The translations under genes and the position numbers were made by a program. Shown one piece after another: positions 28,209 to 38,341 of a DNA stretch of 64,000 nucleotides (the stretch's first letter is position 1; every line of letters begins with the position of its first letter). The notes beneath the pieces were generated by a model. It worked only from the letters and a program-made list of their open reading frames with translations, did no database searches and was not told the DNA's origin. The stretch comes from an uncultured delta proteobacterium. GTDB taxonomy: Bacteria > Desulfobacterota > Desulfobacteria > Desulfobacterales > JAHEIW01. The stretch is from positions 1 through 64,000 of the forward strand of contig CAVPNL010000014.1 of assembly GCA_963706575.1 (NCBI GenBank), given 5' to 3'.

Positions 28209-29117
28209 TTAATCTTTGAATCGAGTCACTTGGACAATAAATACTCTGATCGCTTTGTATATCATTTGAAAACAACCAAACAGTAATTTCAGGATCAAGG
28301 TTGCCAAAATTATAAAGAATTTGAAAAAGGTTTTAATTTTGTCTTTTGCAATGATTGTGCTCGAAATTGTCGGTTTAGTATTTTCCCCAACACCAAATGA
28401 TTGTCTGCTAACATTGATTTTTTCAGTACCAGTTATATTTACAGCTTTATCCTCTCCGAAACTTCGGCATATAGCACCTGTTTTGGAATAATGAATAGTG
28501 TAGCTCGCACAAAAATATTTGGTCCTGTCCCAGTCCGGCAGTTGGTTTAGCTGTTGCATGAAATCTTTTTTCATAAGTTTGTGTGGTCCGGTTTCACCAG
28601 GTTCAAGGAACAAAATGCTTCCCTTTATATGGCATTGTCCTTTTTTAAAGCTGCGCAAACCGCTGTAAGATTTCCAAAACAATTGTCCATTGTTCTTTTC
28701 TATAATTTCATACCGGTGTAGTTTATTGGAAATTTGATTTAGCGTATCTACCTTGCCCGATTTCTCTTCTTGAATTAATTTATTTTTTTGAAGAATAGTT
28801 TCGTCTTGCATTCGGCTTTTCACTTCTTCAAAAAATGGTTTCTTGTTGACGGATTTGCATTTATAAATTTTGTAGCTAACACAGTAGTATTTAGTTTTTC
28901 CCCATTTTGGCAGTTTGTTGAGATGATCAAGAAATTCTCCTTTTAAGAATCCCGGTCCCTTGCTATCGCTTGGCTTTATAAATAAAATATCTCCATTTAT
29001 GAAGCATTTCCCGATTTTTAAAGAACCTAACCCAATATGGGTCTCCCACCACAAATCACCATGAGCATTCTCAGTAATTTTATACTCAGCTAATTTGTAG
29101 ACAGTGCTTTGCATCAT
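28209..29117 (-). CDS. Hypothetical protein with two tandem ~80 aa repeats and a C-terminal hydrophobic helix
   Basis: aa ~7-88 and ~132-212 share Y.I.E...G.L.W....GL...K.G.C.I.G.ILF..P...L..LP.W..TKY.C.SY.I. Confidence 0.8.
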   Translation of the reverse strand: MMQSTVYKLAEYKITENAHGDLWWETHIGLGSLKIGKCFINGDILFIKPSDSKGPGFLKGEFLDHLNKLPKWGKTKYYCVSYKIYKCKSVNKKPFFEEVKSRMQDETILQKNKLIQEEKSGKVDTLNQISNKLHRYEIIEKNNGQLFWKSYSGLRSFKKGQCHIKGSILFLEPGETGPHKLMKKDFMQQLNQLPDWDRTKYFCASYTIHYSKTGAICRSFGEDKAVNITGTEKINVSRQSFGVGENTKPTISSTIIAKDKIKTFFKFFIILATLILKLLFGCFQMIYKAIRVFIVQVTRFKD

Positions 29118-29229
29118 TTGCCTGTTTATTGTTTTGTAATTGGCACCAGTTTCTTAATTGTGAAATAGGTGGTTCCCTGAACAGAGATCCTTCAGAATTG
29201 ATAACGCACAGGTTTTGTTTAAAAAAGGG

Positions 29230-29688
29230 TTATAAGAGAAGAGACAGATTTTGCAGATACGTTGGTGGAGATTGAACTTTCAGGTATCTATTAGGGCGCG
29301 AAAAAAAAATCTTTATGAAATTGACGTTGAAGTGGTAATCCAAAAAATCAGATAAAATGAATAATGTGTTGAGTGTGTTTAGTTTTTCCGTCGAATATGC
29401 AGCGTTTGACGCTTTAAGGGTTTGTATATCCTCCAGATTACAGCTTCTACATTGAGTACCTGAGCAACGAGTATGAAATAGAAAATTTAACCCTGCCTTT
29501 GTTGTACCTTGAAGACCATGCAGACATGCTTCCCCGCAAAAACACGCCTGGGGCAACAGATTGTTTGCGAATAGACCTATGATGAGAAATTGAAAAAATA
29601 ATAACTTGAATGTTTTTAGATTTCTCAAAAGATTTTCCTCATTCTTATAATCCATCAAAAAAGCCACTGGGTCACCAAAGTTACTCAT
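29230..29688 (-). CDS. Cys/His-rich small protein, possible metal-responsive leader
   Basis: Hydrophobic segment, CFCGEACLH..HTRCSGTQCRSC, C-terminus SPPTYLQNLSLLL; start uncertain. Confidence 0.65.
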   Translation of the reverse strand: MSNFGDPVAFLMDYKNEENLLRNLKTFKLLFFQFLIIGLFANNLLPQACFCGEACLHGLQGTTKAGLNFLFHTRCSGTQCRSCNLEDIQTLKASNAAYSTEKLNTLNTLFILSDFLDYHFNVNFIKIFFSRPNRYLKVQSPPTYLQNLSLLL

Positions 29689-30009
29689 TTTTTTAACACA
29701 ACTACAGAATGGTAATCAAGCCACAACTCAATCTCTCAAGAATCAACAGTCAACGGTATATGACAGTAATCTTTCATATCAATAAACTTACGAATTATAT
29801 ATATACTTAAAAAGGAGATCGGTTGGGCTGATATTCCAGCATACAGATAGCAGTCCGGATAAGCACAAAGGCCCCGAATCCCTTTTATCGTGCTATTGTA
29901 AGTTTTTTTGATTTATACCTTAAACCACCCGCTATGCTCAAAAAATTCATGTGCTATTGCTCGTTAAGCGGTCTCCTGCTTGCTTATCTGCAGAAGTAAA
30001 ATCATTATA

Positions 30010-31440
30010 TCAGCCTGATTGATCGATTGGGGTCCAACCGCCGCCCAGGGCTTTGTATAGTGAAATAAGCTCCAAAGTCGCAGTTCCTCGGCTTTGCGCG
30101 AGTTGGTCCTGGAAATTGGTCAGCGAGCGCTGCGTTTCTAATACATTTTGAAAATCCGACAGGCCGGCTTCGTACTGCTGGAGCGCCACATTGGCGGCTT
30201 CTTCGGCGGATTTAGTGGCGGCCTCCAGATGCCTCATTCGTTCATGTTCCCTGGCAAAAGCATATAAAGCGTTTTCCACCTCTTCCACTGCCTGGTAAAT
30301 TGCTGTTTCATAATCGAGTAGCGCCTGCTCCTGAAGCGCACCCTGGACCTTGATATTGTTTCGGATCGCCCCGCCTCGAAATATCGGCCATGAAATACCG
30401 GATAAAATTGCGGCCGCGAAGCTGGACGGGGATATGAGTCCGCTCAGAGCCATGGATTCGTATCCCAAACTCCCCTGGAGATTGAAACTCGGGTATGCCT
30501 CTGCTTTTGCCACGCCAATCTGGGCCGTTTGGGCGGCCAGCAAACGTTCCGCACGGCGAATGTCAGGCCGCCTGCGCAGCAAATCGGCAGGAATCCCGAT
30601 TCCTATTTCCAGTTCGCGGGCCGGTATCGGTGCCGGGGCAGATAATAGTTCGGTGAATGCTCCGGGCCATTCGCCCAGAAGTATGGCCAGACGATTTCTG
30701 AGCTCGTTTATTCCGGATTGAAGGCTGGGGATCTGGGCACGGGTCGAAGATAGATTGTACGCGGCCCGGTCGACATCCAGGCCGTTGCCCAGACCGGTCG
30801 AAAATTTCAATTGTGTCAAATCAAGCGCCGTCTGCTGAAGCTGCAAGTTGTTTTCCGTCCAGATTAGCTGCTTTTGAAAGGTGCGCAGCTGGACATAATT
30901 GATGGCCACTTCGGCTGTAAGGCTGACCAGAACACTGCGCAAATCTTCATGGGCGGCTTCGTATTGCGCCTGAGATGCTTCGACCTGGCGCCGCGTTCCT
31001 CCGAAAATGTCAAGCTCCCAGCTGGAATCCAAACCGACTCGAAAAGAATTCTGCGTGTCTTTGGTTTTTCCGTTATAGCTTTTGGACGCCGAACCGGATG
31101 TCGAAAATGACGGCACCAAATCAGCACGGGAAATTTGGCGCCGATAGCGCGCTTCTTTCAATCTGGATTCCGCCTTTTTGATATCAAAATTGTTGACCAC
31201 GGCTGCATCAATTAGACGCACCAGTATCGGGTCGTCCAAATGGGTCCACCATTTTGCCAGGTCCTCATAGTTGCCCTTTGCAGGATCTTCAGCAACAGCT
31301 GATCGACTGAGATAAGTCAAAGGCATATCGATATCCGGTTTCCGGTATTCGGGACCGACCACACATCCAGTCAGGAATAGTACACCGATGACGATAGCGA
31401 ACCACCTGCGCATGAGAATTTGAAAATCAAGAAGTTTCAT
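30010..31440 (-). CDS. NodT/OprM-type outer-membrane factor lipoprotein
   Basis: LTGCVVGPEYRKP lipobox; SWELDIFG; LLRRRPDIRRAE; LYKALGGGW. Confidence 0.95.
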   Translation of the reverse strand: MKLLDFQILMRRWFAIVIGVLFLTGCVVGPEYRKPDIDMPLTYLSRSAVAEDPAKGNYEDLAKWWTHLDDPILVRLIDAAVVNNFDIKKAESRLKEARYRRQISRADLVPSFSTSGSASKSYNGKTKDTQNSFRVGLDSSWELDIFGGTRRQVEASQAQYEAAHEDLRSVLVSLTAEVAINYVQLRTFQKQLIWTENNLQLQQTALDLTQLKFSTGLGNGLDVDRAAYNLSSTRAQIPSLQSGINELRNRLAILLGEWPGAFTELLSAPAPIPARELEIGIGIPADLLRRRPDIRRAERLLAAQTAQIGVAKAEAYPSFNLQGSLGYESMALSGLISPSSFAAAILSGISWPIFRGGAIRNNIKVQGALQEQALLDYETAIYQAVEEVENALYAFAREHERMRHLEAATKSAEEAANVALQQYEAGLSDFQNVLETQRSLTNFQDQLAQSRGTATLELISLYKALGGGWTPIDQSG

Positions 31441-31463
31441 AGTTTCATTATAATCCCATTTAG

Positions 31464-32672
31464 TTATTCATAGCGCAGCGCTTCGATAGGGTCGAGGCGC
31501 GCAGCTTTTTTGGCGGGGAAAAACCCGAAAACAATTCCCACTGCGGCCGAAAATGCAAAAGCCAACAGATTGATGCCGACATTGAAGACAAAAGGAACTT
31601 CAAGCATTCTGATCAGCCCAAGGGAAGCTGCCAGCGCCAGCGCCAAACCCGCCAGTCCACCCAGGCTGGACAAGGCCATCGCTTCCACCAGAAATTGAAC
31701 CATCACATCGCGCTCCATTGCTCCGATCGCCAAACGTGTCCCTATTTCCCGGGTGCGTTCGGTCACCGAAACCAGCATGATGTTCATGATGCCGATGCCC
31801 CCCACCAGCAGACTGACTGCAGCGACGGCTCCAAGGAGTGTTGTCAATATTTTGGTGGTGCCTTGCATGGTTTCTATGATTTCGGTCATGTCTCTAACCA
31901 TGAAATCGTCATTTTCTCCCGGAGCGATATGTCGGCGTTCCCGCAGCAATATTTCGATCTCCCGCTGCGCTTTTGGAATCAGGTCGACTGAAACCGCGGA
32001 GATTTGAAGCATGCGAATATCCTGGTTTCCGGCAATTCGCCTTTGAAACGTCCGAATGGGAATGATGACGGTGTCATCCTGATCGCTTCCCATACCGGTG
32101 GTTCCCTTGGCTGCCAAAACGCCGATGATTTGAAAGGAAACCTTTTGCAAACGGATTCTTTGCCCGATCGGATCCTGCTCCCCAAAAAGTTCTTTTCGAG
32201 CGGTCTGACCGATAATGCTGACCGGCTTGCCCGAACGCATTTCATTTTCCGTAAACAACCGACCCTCTTCAATCAGCCAATCTTTGACTGTAAAATAGTC
32301 GTTGTCGGTGCCGGTCGCCGTGGTCGACCAGTTGGTGTTGCCGAATATGGCCGTAACACTTTTGCTGTTTACCGGCGCTACTGCTTTCAACAAACCGACC
32401 TGCCGCTTGATGGCGATCATATCGTCGGCTGTCAACGCCTTGGCGTCCGATGATCCGCCTCCCGGCCCTCGGTGTTGACCCGATCGCACCATCAGGAGAT
32501 TGCTGCCGAGTTTGCTCATGTCTTCTTTCACTTTGGCCGTTACGCCCCCGCCAACGGTCACCAGCGTGATAACAGCCGCTACGCCGATCACCACACCCAG
32601 GATGGTCAAAAACGAACGAAGCACATTGCGCCTGATTTCCCGTATGGCCAGTAAAAGCGCATTCAAGAACAT
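31464..32672 (-). CDS. MacB-type ABC permease
   Basis: RSFLTILGVVIGVAAV; VGGIGIMNIMLVSVTERTREIG; PAKKAARLDPIEALRYE. Confidence 0.95.
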   Translation of the reverse strand: MFLNALLLAIREIRRNVLRSFLTILGVVIGVAAVITLVTVGGGVTAKVKEDMSKLGSNLLMVRSGQHRGPGGGSSDAKALTADDMIAIKRQVGLLKAVAPVNSKSVTAIFGNTNWSTTATGTDNDYFTVKDWLIEEGRLFTENEMRSGKPVSIIGQTARKELFGEQDPIGQRIRLQKVSFQIIGVLAAKGTTGMGSDQDDTVIIPIRTFQRRIAGNQDIRMLQISAVSVDLIPKAQREIEILLRERRHIAPGENDDFMVRDMTEIIETMQGTTKILTTLLGAVAAVSLLVGGIGIMNIMLVSVTERTREIGTRLAIGAMERDVMVQFLVEAMALSSLGGLAGLALALAASLGLIRMLEVPFVFNVGINLLAFAFSAAVGIVFGFFPAKKAARLDPIEALRYE

Positions 32673-33406
32673 GATCTTACCTCCTGGCCGGATGTTTCCG
32701 ATTCAATCCGGCCATCCAAAAAACGGATGATCCGATCGGCATAAGCCGCCATACGATCCTCATGAGTTACCATAACGATGGTCAGTCCCAAATCGCGGTT
32801 CAGCGAGGTCAACAGATCCATGATCTCCCTACTGCGGCTTGAATCGAGGTTGCCGGTCGGTTCATCGGCCAGCAGAACGGATGGTTCGGTAACCAGTGCC
32901 CGCGCGATTGCCACCCGCTGCTGTTGTCCGCCGGAGAGTTCGGCCGGACTGTGTCTGCCGCGATCGGCCAATCCGACCTTTGCCAAAGCTCTATCGGCAG
33001 CCTCTTGCCGCTTTCCCGGATTCATGCCGCGGTAGATTAAAGGCAATTCCACATTTTCAATGGCCGAGGTTCGGCTTAACAGGTTGAAACCTTGAAAAAC
33101 GAATCCAAGATAAAGGCGGCGAAGCAAAGCGCGCTGATTGCGGGATAGCTTTCCAACGGAAACACCCCTGAACAGATAGGATCCGTGTGTCGGAGTGTCG
33201 AGGCAGCCCAAAATATTCATGGCGGTGGATTTGCCCGAACCGCTCGGCCCCATGATGGCTGTAAATTCACCCTTCATAATTTTCATATCCACATCCATAA
33301 GGGCTGAAACCATCGCCTGAGCGCGTCCATAGACTTTTGAAACGGACTTGAACTCGATCAGCGGATGTTCCTTGAATTCCGGCGACAATCCATCTTGCTC
33401 AGACAT
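32663..33406 (-). CDS. MacB/LolD-type ABC ATPase
   Basis: [38 protein letters not shown]. Confidence 0.96.
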   Translation of the reverse strand: MSEQDGLSPEFKEHPLIEFKSVSKVYGRAQAMVSALMDVDMKIMKGEFTAIMGPSGSGKSTAMNILGCLDTPTHGSYLFRGVSVGKLSRNQRALLRRLYLGFVFQGFNLLSRTSAIENVELPLIYRGMNPGKRQEAADRALAKVGLADRGRHSPAELSGGQQQRVAIARALVTEPSVLLADEPTGNLDSSRSREIMDLLTSLNRDLGLTIVMVTHEDRMAAYADRIIRFLDGRIESETSGQEVRSCS

Positions 33407-34725
33407 TATTTCGCCTCCTGAATCATACCGACGATGACGTGTGACCCCGGTGTCAGATCTTCTGATACGATGCGGGTGTTAATTCCGTCTGAAGCCCCGG
33501 TTTGAACCGAAACGGGCAAAGATCTTCCGTCTTGTAAAATCCAGACCTTCGCCGCTTCCGGTTTTACGGGGTCTCCACTGGAACGCGAACCTCTATTGCC
33601 GCGACCGGGCCGTGGAAATAATTTGGACAATATGCTCGACTGCTCGTTGCGGCCAGACCCCGGCCGTTTGCGGCCGCTCAATGAATCCTGCGGTTGTGAG
33701 GGGGTGAAACGGAGGGCGGCATTAGGGACAAGAAGCGCATCCTGCTCATCGTGAACCAAAATGTCAGCTGTGGCGGTCATCCCCGGTCGAAGAAGCAGAT
33801 CGGAATTGTCCACTTTGAGCAGGCACTGATAGGTCACCACACCGTTTTCGGTTTGCGGAGCGAAACGGACTTGCGTGATCTGAGCGGGAAACGTTTTATC
33901 CGGGTAGGCATCCACGATGAACTCGGCCCATTGGGCCTCCTTGATTTGCCCCACATCGGCCTCATCCACAGAAACGTAAAGCATCATATTGGTCAGATTT
34001 TCGGCCAGGGTAAACAAAACAGGCGCTTGAAGGGAGGCGGCGACAGTTTGGCCCGCTTCCACCGAACGGTTCAATACGATGCCCGTGATCGGCGAGTAGA
34101 TCGTTGCCTTGGCCAACTCGGATATATTTGCTTCCAGGACCGCTTCGGCTTTGATAATATTGGCTTTGGCAACTTCGATCTGCGCCAAAGCAACCTGATA
34201 TTTGGCTTCAGCGCTGTCCAAATCTTGTTTGGCCGGAACTTTGCCGTTGCTCAATCGATACGCCGTTTCAAGGCGTTCCAGATTGCTTTTTGCATCCTCC
34301 ACATCGGTTTGTGCTTTCAAATATTCGGCTTTGGCCACTGCGAGAGATGCTTCCGATTGCAATTTTTGCGCTTGCAATTCAGAGGCGTCCAGGCGCGCCA
34401 ATATTTGCCCCTTTTTAACCGAATCATTGAAATCGGCCAAAACTTCGCGAATGATACCGGATACTTCCGTGCCGACATCCACCTGATTTACCGGTTTCAA
34501 TGTTCCGGTGGCGGAGACGGTGACCTTCAACTTTCCTTTCCGGACCGGTTCGGTTTCAAATCTCGTCAACGCCTTAGCTTCGCCCGGCGACCAGAATTTC
34601 CACAAAACACCTCCGGTGATCGCAAGCAGCATCAAAACAAGGAAAACAGCCTTCCTCCACATGGGGAATGGGCGCTGCAAACTAAGGACTTCGGAAATAT
34701 CTTTTTTGTCTTTGCTCTTTATCAT
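33406..34725 (-). CDS. macA: MacA-type periplasmic adaptor
   Basis: ATG 34725 after AGGAG; VSATGTLKPVNQVDVGTEVSG, GQTVAASLQAPVLF, VDEADVG, LRPGMTA. Confidence 0.9.
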   Translation of the reverse strand: MIKSKDKKDISEVLSLQRPFPMWRKAVFLVLMLLAITGGVLWKFWSPGEAKALTRFETEPVRKGKLKVTVSATGTLKPVNQVDVGTEVSGIIREVLADFNDSVKKGQILARLDASELQAQKLQSEASLAVAKAEYLKAQTDVEDAKSNLERLETAYRLSNGKVPAKQDLDSAEAKYQVALAQIEVAKANIIKAEAVLEANISELAKATIYSPITGIVLNRSVEAGQTVAASLQAPVLFTLAENLTNMMLYVSVDEADVGQIKEAQWAEFIVDAYPDKTFPAQITQVRFAPQTENGVVTYQCLLKVDNSDLLLRPGMTATADILVHDEQDALLVPNAALRFTPSQPQDSLSGRKRPGSGRNEQSSILSKLFPRPGRGNRGSRSSGDPVKPEAAKVWILQDGRSLPVSVQTGASDGINTRIVSEDLTPGSHVIVGMIQEAK

Positions 34726-34790
34726 GTCGGCTCCTGTTTGCTCAGGGACGTGCTCATTTCCCGCAATGAAACAAAGATGCTTACAGGTTA

Positions 34791-34818
34791 AGTCGCAGAT
34801 AGGGGACGGATGGTTACA
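34791..34818 (-). promoter_or_regulatory. ECF-sigma promoter for the macA operon
   Basis: Minus strand TGTAACCAT-N14-CGACT, same architecture as 34884-34911. Confidence 0.75.
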
Positions 34819-34883
34819 GTGCCGGAGAATTTTCCGATTGTTCCTCCCTCCAATCACAATTCCGGCACATTTTGTCGTTCCTT

Positions 34884-34911
34884 TGTAACCATGCGCGCGT
34901 TAGAAGCGACT
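34884..34911 (+). promoter_or_regulatory. ECF-sigma autoregulatory promoter
   Basis: TGTAACCAT-gcgcgcgttagaag-CGACT upstream of the sigma gene. Confidence 0.75.
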
Positions 34912-35033
34912 GAAACTATGAGAGCGGATTGAAAGATCTTTCAGTTTAGGATATGTTCACGACTGGGTGGGAGGTATTTAATATTCTTGGCGCTGTTTGC
35001 TATACGGATTGGTAAAACATCTTCTCGTGAATT

Positions 35034-35633
35034 ATGAACAACAGCGATCATCGATCAAGCGACGAAGAAATCATTCAAAGGGTCCTGAAAGGCAAGGTGG
35101 ATGATTTCGAGGGACTCGTCAGACGATATCAGGCACATGTGCTCAATATGGTAAAAAGACACGTTCCGGAGCGTGATGTGGAAGAAACCGCTCAAGAGGC
35201 GATCGTCAGAGCATACAGATCCTTGTCGAGCTATCGCGGAAAGGGACGCGGATTCAAAGCGTGGTTATCTGTGGTCACGATTAGAACATGCTACGATTAT
35301 TGGCGCAAGACCTACCGGTTAAAAGAGGTTCCGCTCAGCACTCTCACTGATGATCACAAAATGTGGGTCGAGAAGGTTATGGCAGCAGAATCCGCGCAGG
35401 GCATGCGTGAAAAAGCCGCTTCCGATGAAGCCCGTATGGTCCTGGATTGGGGGCTGAATCATCTGTCGGCCGAAGATCGCATGGTATTAGAACTGGTCTA
35501 TTTCGAAGAACTGACCGGTCGCGAAGCTGCCAAGCTATTGGGTTGGACGACTACAAATGTGAAAGTCAGAGCCTTTCGAGCGCGTCGCAAACTGGAGAAA
35601 ATTCTCCAGGAAATGATTGAGGAGCAGATATGA
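35034..35633 (+). CDS. ECF sigma-70 factor
   Basis: Region 2 (EETAQEAIVRAYRSL..FKAWL..RTCYDYWR) and region 4 (EAAKLLG..NVKVRAFRARRKL). Confidence 0.93.
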   Translation: MNNSDHRSSDEEIIQRVLKGKVDDFEGLVRRYQAHVLNMVKRHVPERDVEETAQEAIVRAYRSLSSYRGKGRGFKAWLSVVTIRTCYDYWRKTYRLKEVPLSTLTDDHKMWVEKVMAAESAQGMREKAASDEARMVLDWGLNHLSAEDRMVLELVYFEELTGREAAKLLGWTTTNVKVRAFRARRKLEKILQEMIEEQI

Positions 35634-35962
35634 AACATTTGCATCGAAAATCGACTGAAAGACTTGGACAAGTCTTACGACAGGCATTCTATGAGCGACG
35701 GCGAATCGAATTCAAACCCTCGGAATTTTGGCTTGTCGGGGTCATGTCGGAGATCCGGCGCATCGGGCGCTTGGACGCGGAAATTGATTTCTGGACGGTC
35801 TTTGAAAAAATGATTTGGAGGTTCATACCTGCAGCGGTTGCTCTATTGTTGCTTCTGGGCGTGGCTTTTACCCAAATCAAAACTGCCCGCGAGAACGTTA
35901 TCGCCGATATCTATAGTGAAGAAAACCTCGATTCGGGACTATATGCCTATTACGATCAATGA
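35630..35962 (+). CDS. Putative single-TM anti-sigma factor
   Basis: Translationally coupled to the sigma gene; one TM segment. Confidence 0.7.
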   Translation: MKHLHRKSTERLGQVLRQAFYERRRIEFKPSEFWLVGVMSEIRRIGRLDAEIDFWTVFEKMIWRFIPAAVALLLLLGVAFTQIKTARENVIADIYSEENLDSGLYAYYDQ

Positions 35963-35973
35963 GGAGCTGATAT

Positions 35974-36363
35974 ATGAGACGACTGAAATTAATCGCCGGG
36001 ATTTTGGTTATTTTTTTCTTGGGTGCGTTAACTGGTGTATTGTCCGCACGCTTTTATGTGACATTCGAAAGCAGAAAACTTCATCATCACCCAAAGCTCG
36101 AGGAGCGGGTGGAATTCATCATGAAACGTCTCACCGATGATCTCGATTTGTCCGCAGCTCAGCAAAAAGAGATACGACAAATTGTGGCCTCGACCGAAGA
36201 AAAGGTCCAATCGATAAAGGATGAATACGCACCAAAAATTCGCGCCCTTCACGATACAAGCATCGAAGAGATCAAAACCAGCCTGTCCCCCGACCAGCGA
36301 GAGAAACTGGATCGAATCCATGCCGAATGGAAACGTCGGCGGCAGGAAAGAAAATCACGGTAG
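35974..36363 (+). CDS. Spy/CpxP-like periplasmic helical protein
   Basis: N-terminal TM; LDLSAAQQKEI and LSPDQREKL (LTxxQ-like) motifs. Confidence 0.8.
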   Translation: MRRLKLIAGILVIFFLGALTGVLSARFYVTFESRKLHHHPKLEERVEFIMKRLTDDLDLSAAQQKEIRQIVASTEEKVQSIKDEYAPKIRALHDTSIEEIKTSLSPDQREKLDRIHAEWKRRRQERKSR

Positions 36364-36601
36364 AGATTCATCACATGGTCATGGTTGAGGGCAGATTTCA
36401 AAGTGGGCTAAACGGGTGAGATGTGATGATTGCCTGATGCCGGTCTCAAAATATCGCCTTTTTGGGGTAGTTTCTTCCGCCAATGCAAAAAAAATCGACC
36501 CATAACTCGTAATCGTTACCACCAATAATGGACAAGGAGCTCGCTTTTTGCTATGGGCGTGTTGAGTGCCTTGGTAATCATTATTGTAAACAGAGTATAA
36601 A

Positions 36602-37129
36602 ATGAATATGGAGATACCAATCATTCAGCTTGCACAACCGTCCAATGCCTCTTCTCTGGCAAAGCTATCTGAAAAAACCTTCAGAGATGCTTTTGCCCAA
36701 TTCATTAAAAAGAAGAATTTCGAAAGCTACGTAGCTCGTTCCTTTACTGAAAATCAGATCAGATCAGAACTCCTTGATAGTGCTTCCACTTTTTTTATTG
36801 CCAAGTTAAAGGATAAATGGGTGGGGTATGCTAAACTTTATCAGAGCCCGCCTCCTGATTGCGTCAAACAATTGCCGGCCATTGAGCTTGCCAGACTTTA
36901 TTCCATGCAGCAATATTTGGGCTGTGGCATCGGTGCTGCCCTGTTGGAGGCCTGCTTAAACTACGCCCGCAGCAGCGCATTTAATTCAATCTGGTTGGGC
37001 AGTTGGAAGGAAAATCACAGGGGAAATGCATTTTACGCCAAAATGCAGTTTGAAATTTTCGGCACTAAAACCTTTGCTTTGGGATCCGATATCCAGGAAG
37101 ATTACATTTTTGCAAGACCGATACTGTAA
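36602..37129 (+). CDS. GNAT acetyltransferase (PaiA-like)
   Basis: IELARLY..QYLGCGIGAALL; IWLGSWKENHRGNAFY. Confidence 0.88.
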   Translation: MNMEIPIIQLAQPSNASSLAKLSEKTFRDAFAQFIKKKNFESYVARSFTENQIRSELLDSASTFFIAKLKDKWVGYAKLYQSPPPDCVKQLPAIELARLYSMQQYLGCGIGAALLEACLNYARSSAFNSIWLGSWKENHRGNAFYAKMQFEIFGTKTFALGSDIQEDYIFARPIL

Positions 37130-37170
37130 CTACAATATGCAGCTAATCCGGCGCCTTTTGCGGATTACCC

Positions 37171-37378
37171 TAGAAGTGGTATCAAAACCTCAGATCAGGC
37201 TCAAGGGCAAGGCGCAGGCCGATCGAGAAAGTCGTTGTTCTCAGCATACATGATGGGCTAGTATGTGAGCATTTACCGGAGGCTGTACTGCACCCTAATC
37301 TAATTAGATCAGATGCGAATCCCGCTTGCGGGGCAACGCGGCCATTGGGCCTTAGATGGGGTTTTGAAACCACTTCTA
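37171..37378 (+). mobile_element. MITE-like element (TA-flanked) with nested insert
   Basis: TAGAAGTGGTATCAAAACC...GGTTTTGAAACCACTTCTA; right end supplies the TAG stop of the DUF362 gene. Confidence 0.85.
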
Positions 37379-38281
37379 ACCCTTGTTTAATATTTCAACG
37401 ACACAATCCCGATAGTTTTTACTCTCCGCGTTGGCGACAACCACGTCGATCTCTGACGGTGATGCCGCCCCTAAACCAATTTCAGCGGCCCGGGCAATTT
37501 GTTCCTGCTCAAAAATCTTTGTATTCATGATTTGCGCGTTGCTCCCCAGAGATTTCAATATGGCCAGGCCCACCGCATCAATTGCCACGCGATCGGTGGC
37601 CGCCAGAAAGGCATTGCCTCTGGCACGCTTGCCATCCGCCGGCCCGCCGTCCACAAAAGCGTCAATTCCGTCCAGAACAACCAGATCGGGTTTAAAAGGC
37701 GCATTCAGCTCGGCGATCAGCTTGCGCTGGTGAGGCGATCCGTGCAGTTCGCTCATATAGGAGTAACCATGCCGACTCGTTGGAACCACACCGACATGCA
37801 GTTTGAGCGACATCGTAAATACGCCGCCGAACTGGTGGGTCTTCAGACAGCAGGTGGAAACAAGGCATTCGGCCTCAAGGATGGGCCGCGCAACCCTGAA
37901 TCCGTCCTGCCAATGAGATTCTTCAGGCGTGACTTTCACCCAATCCTTTTGGTCTAGATCATCGAAGTCGATAATTTTGACATCCAGCGATTTCATGAGC
38001 GGCAGGATGCCCTTCTGCTCCATGACCGATCGCGTGCGGGGATAACTTCGCTCGCCAAGGCATATCGACTTGGCCCCCATCTCCCAGACCGTTTCTGCCA
38101 GGGCAACCAGGGTATCATTGTGGGTTGACCCGGGAGTTCGATCGGCGGTATTGAAATTGGGTTTGATCAAAACATCTTTATTCTTCACCGGATTGATACC
38201 CAGCGTTTTTATCGATAATGAAACCCCTGATTTGCGATCTTCGGTGCCGACGAACGCCACCCGACTTTTAGAACTTGCCAT
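37376..38281 (-). CDS. DUF362-domain protein
   Basis: ATG 38281 after GGAGG; VLIKPNFNT, CLKTH..FTMSLK, PDLVVLDG, DRVAID. Confidence 0.88.
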   Translation of the reverse strand: MASSKSRVAFVGTEDRKSGVSLSIKTLGINPVKNKDVLIKPNFNTADRTPGSTHNDTLVALAETVWEMGAKSICLGERSYPRTRSVMEQKGILPLMKSLDVKIIDFDDLDQKDWVKVTPEESHWQDGFRVARPILEAECLVSTCCLKTHQFGGVFTMSLKLHVGVVPTSRHGYSYMSELHGSPHQRKLIAELNAPFKPDLVVLDGIDAFVDGGPADGKRARGNAFLAATDRVAIDAVGLAILKSLGSNAQIMNTKIFEQEQIARAAEIGLGAASPSEIDVVVANAESKNYRDCVVEILNKG

Positions 38282-38341
38282 AACCAGATCCTCCTGCAGG
38301 CCGAATAACAACGCGCCGCCAACTGTCCAGGAATACTTTAT

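Noticed and set aside
33751..34791. 346 aa plus-strand ORF
   Set aside because: Antisense shadow of macA with no recognisable motifs.
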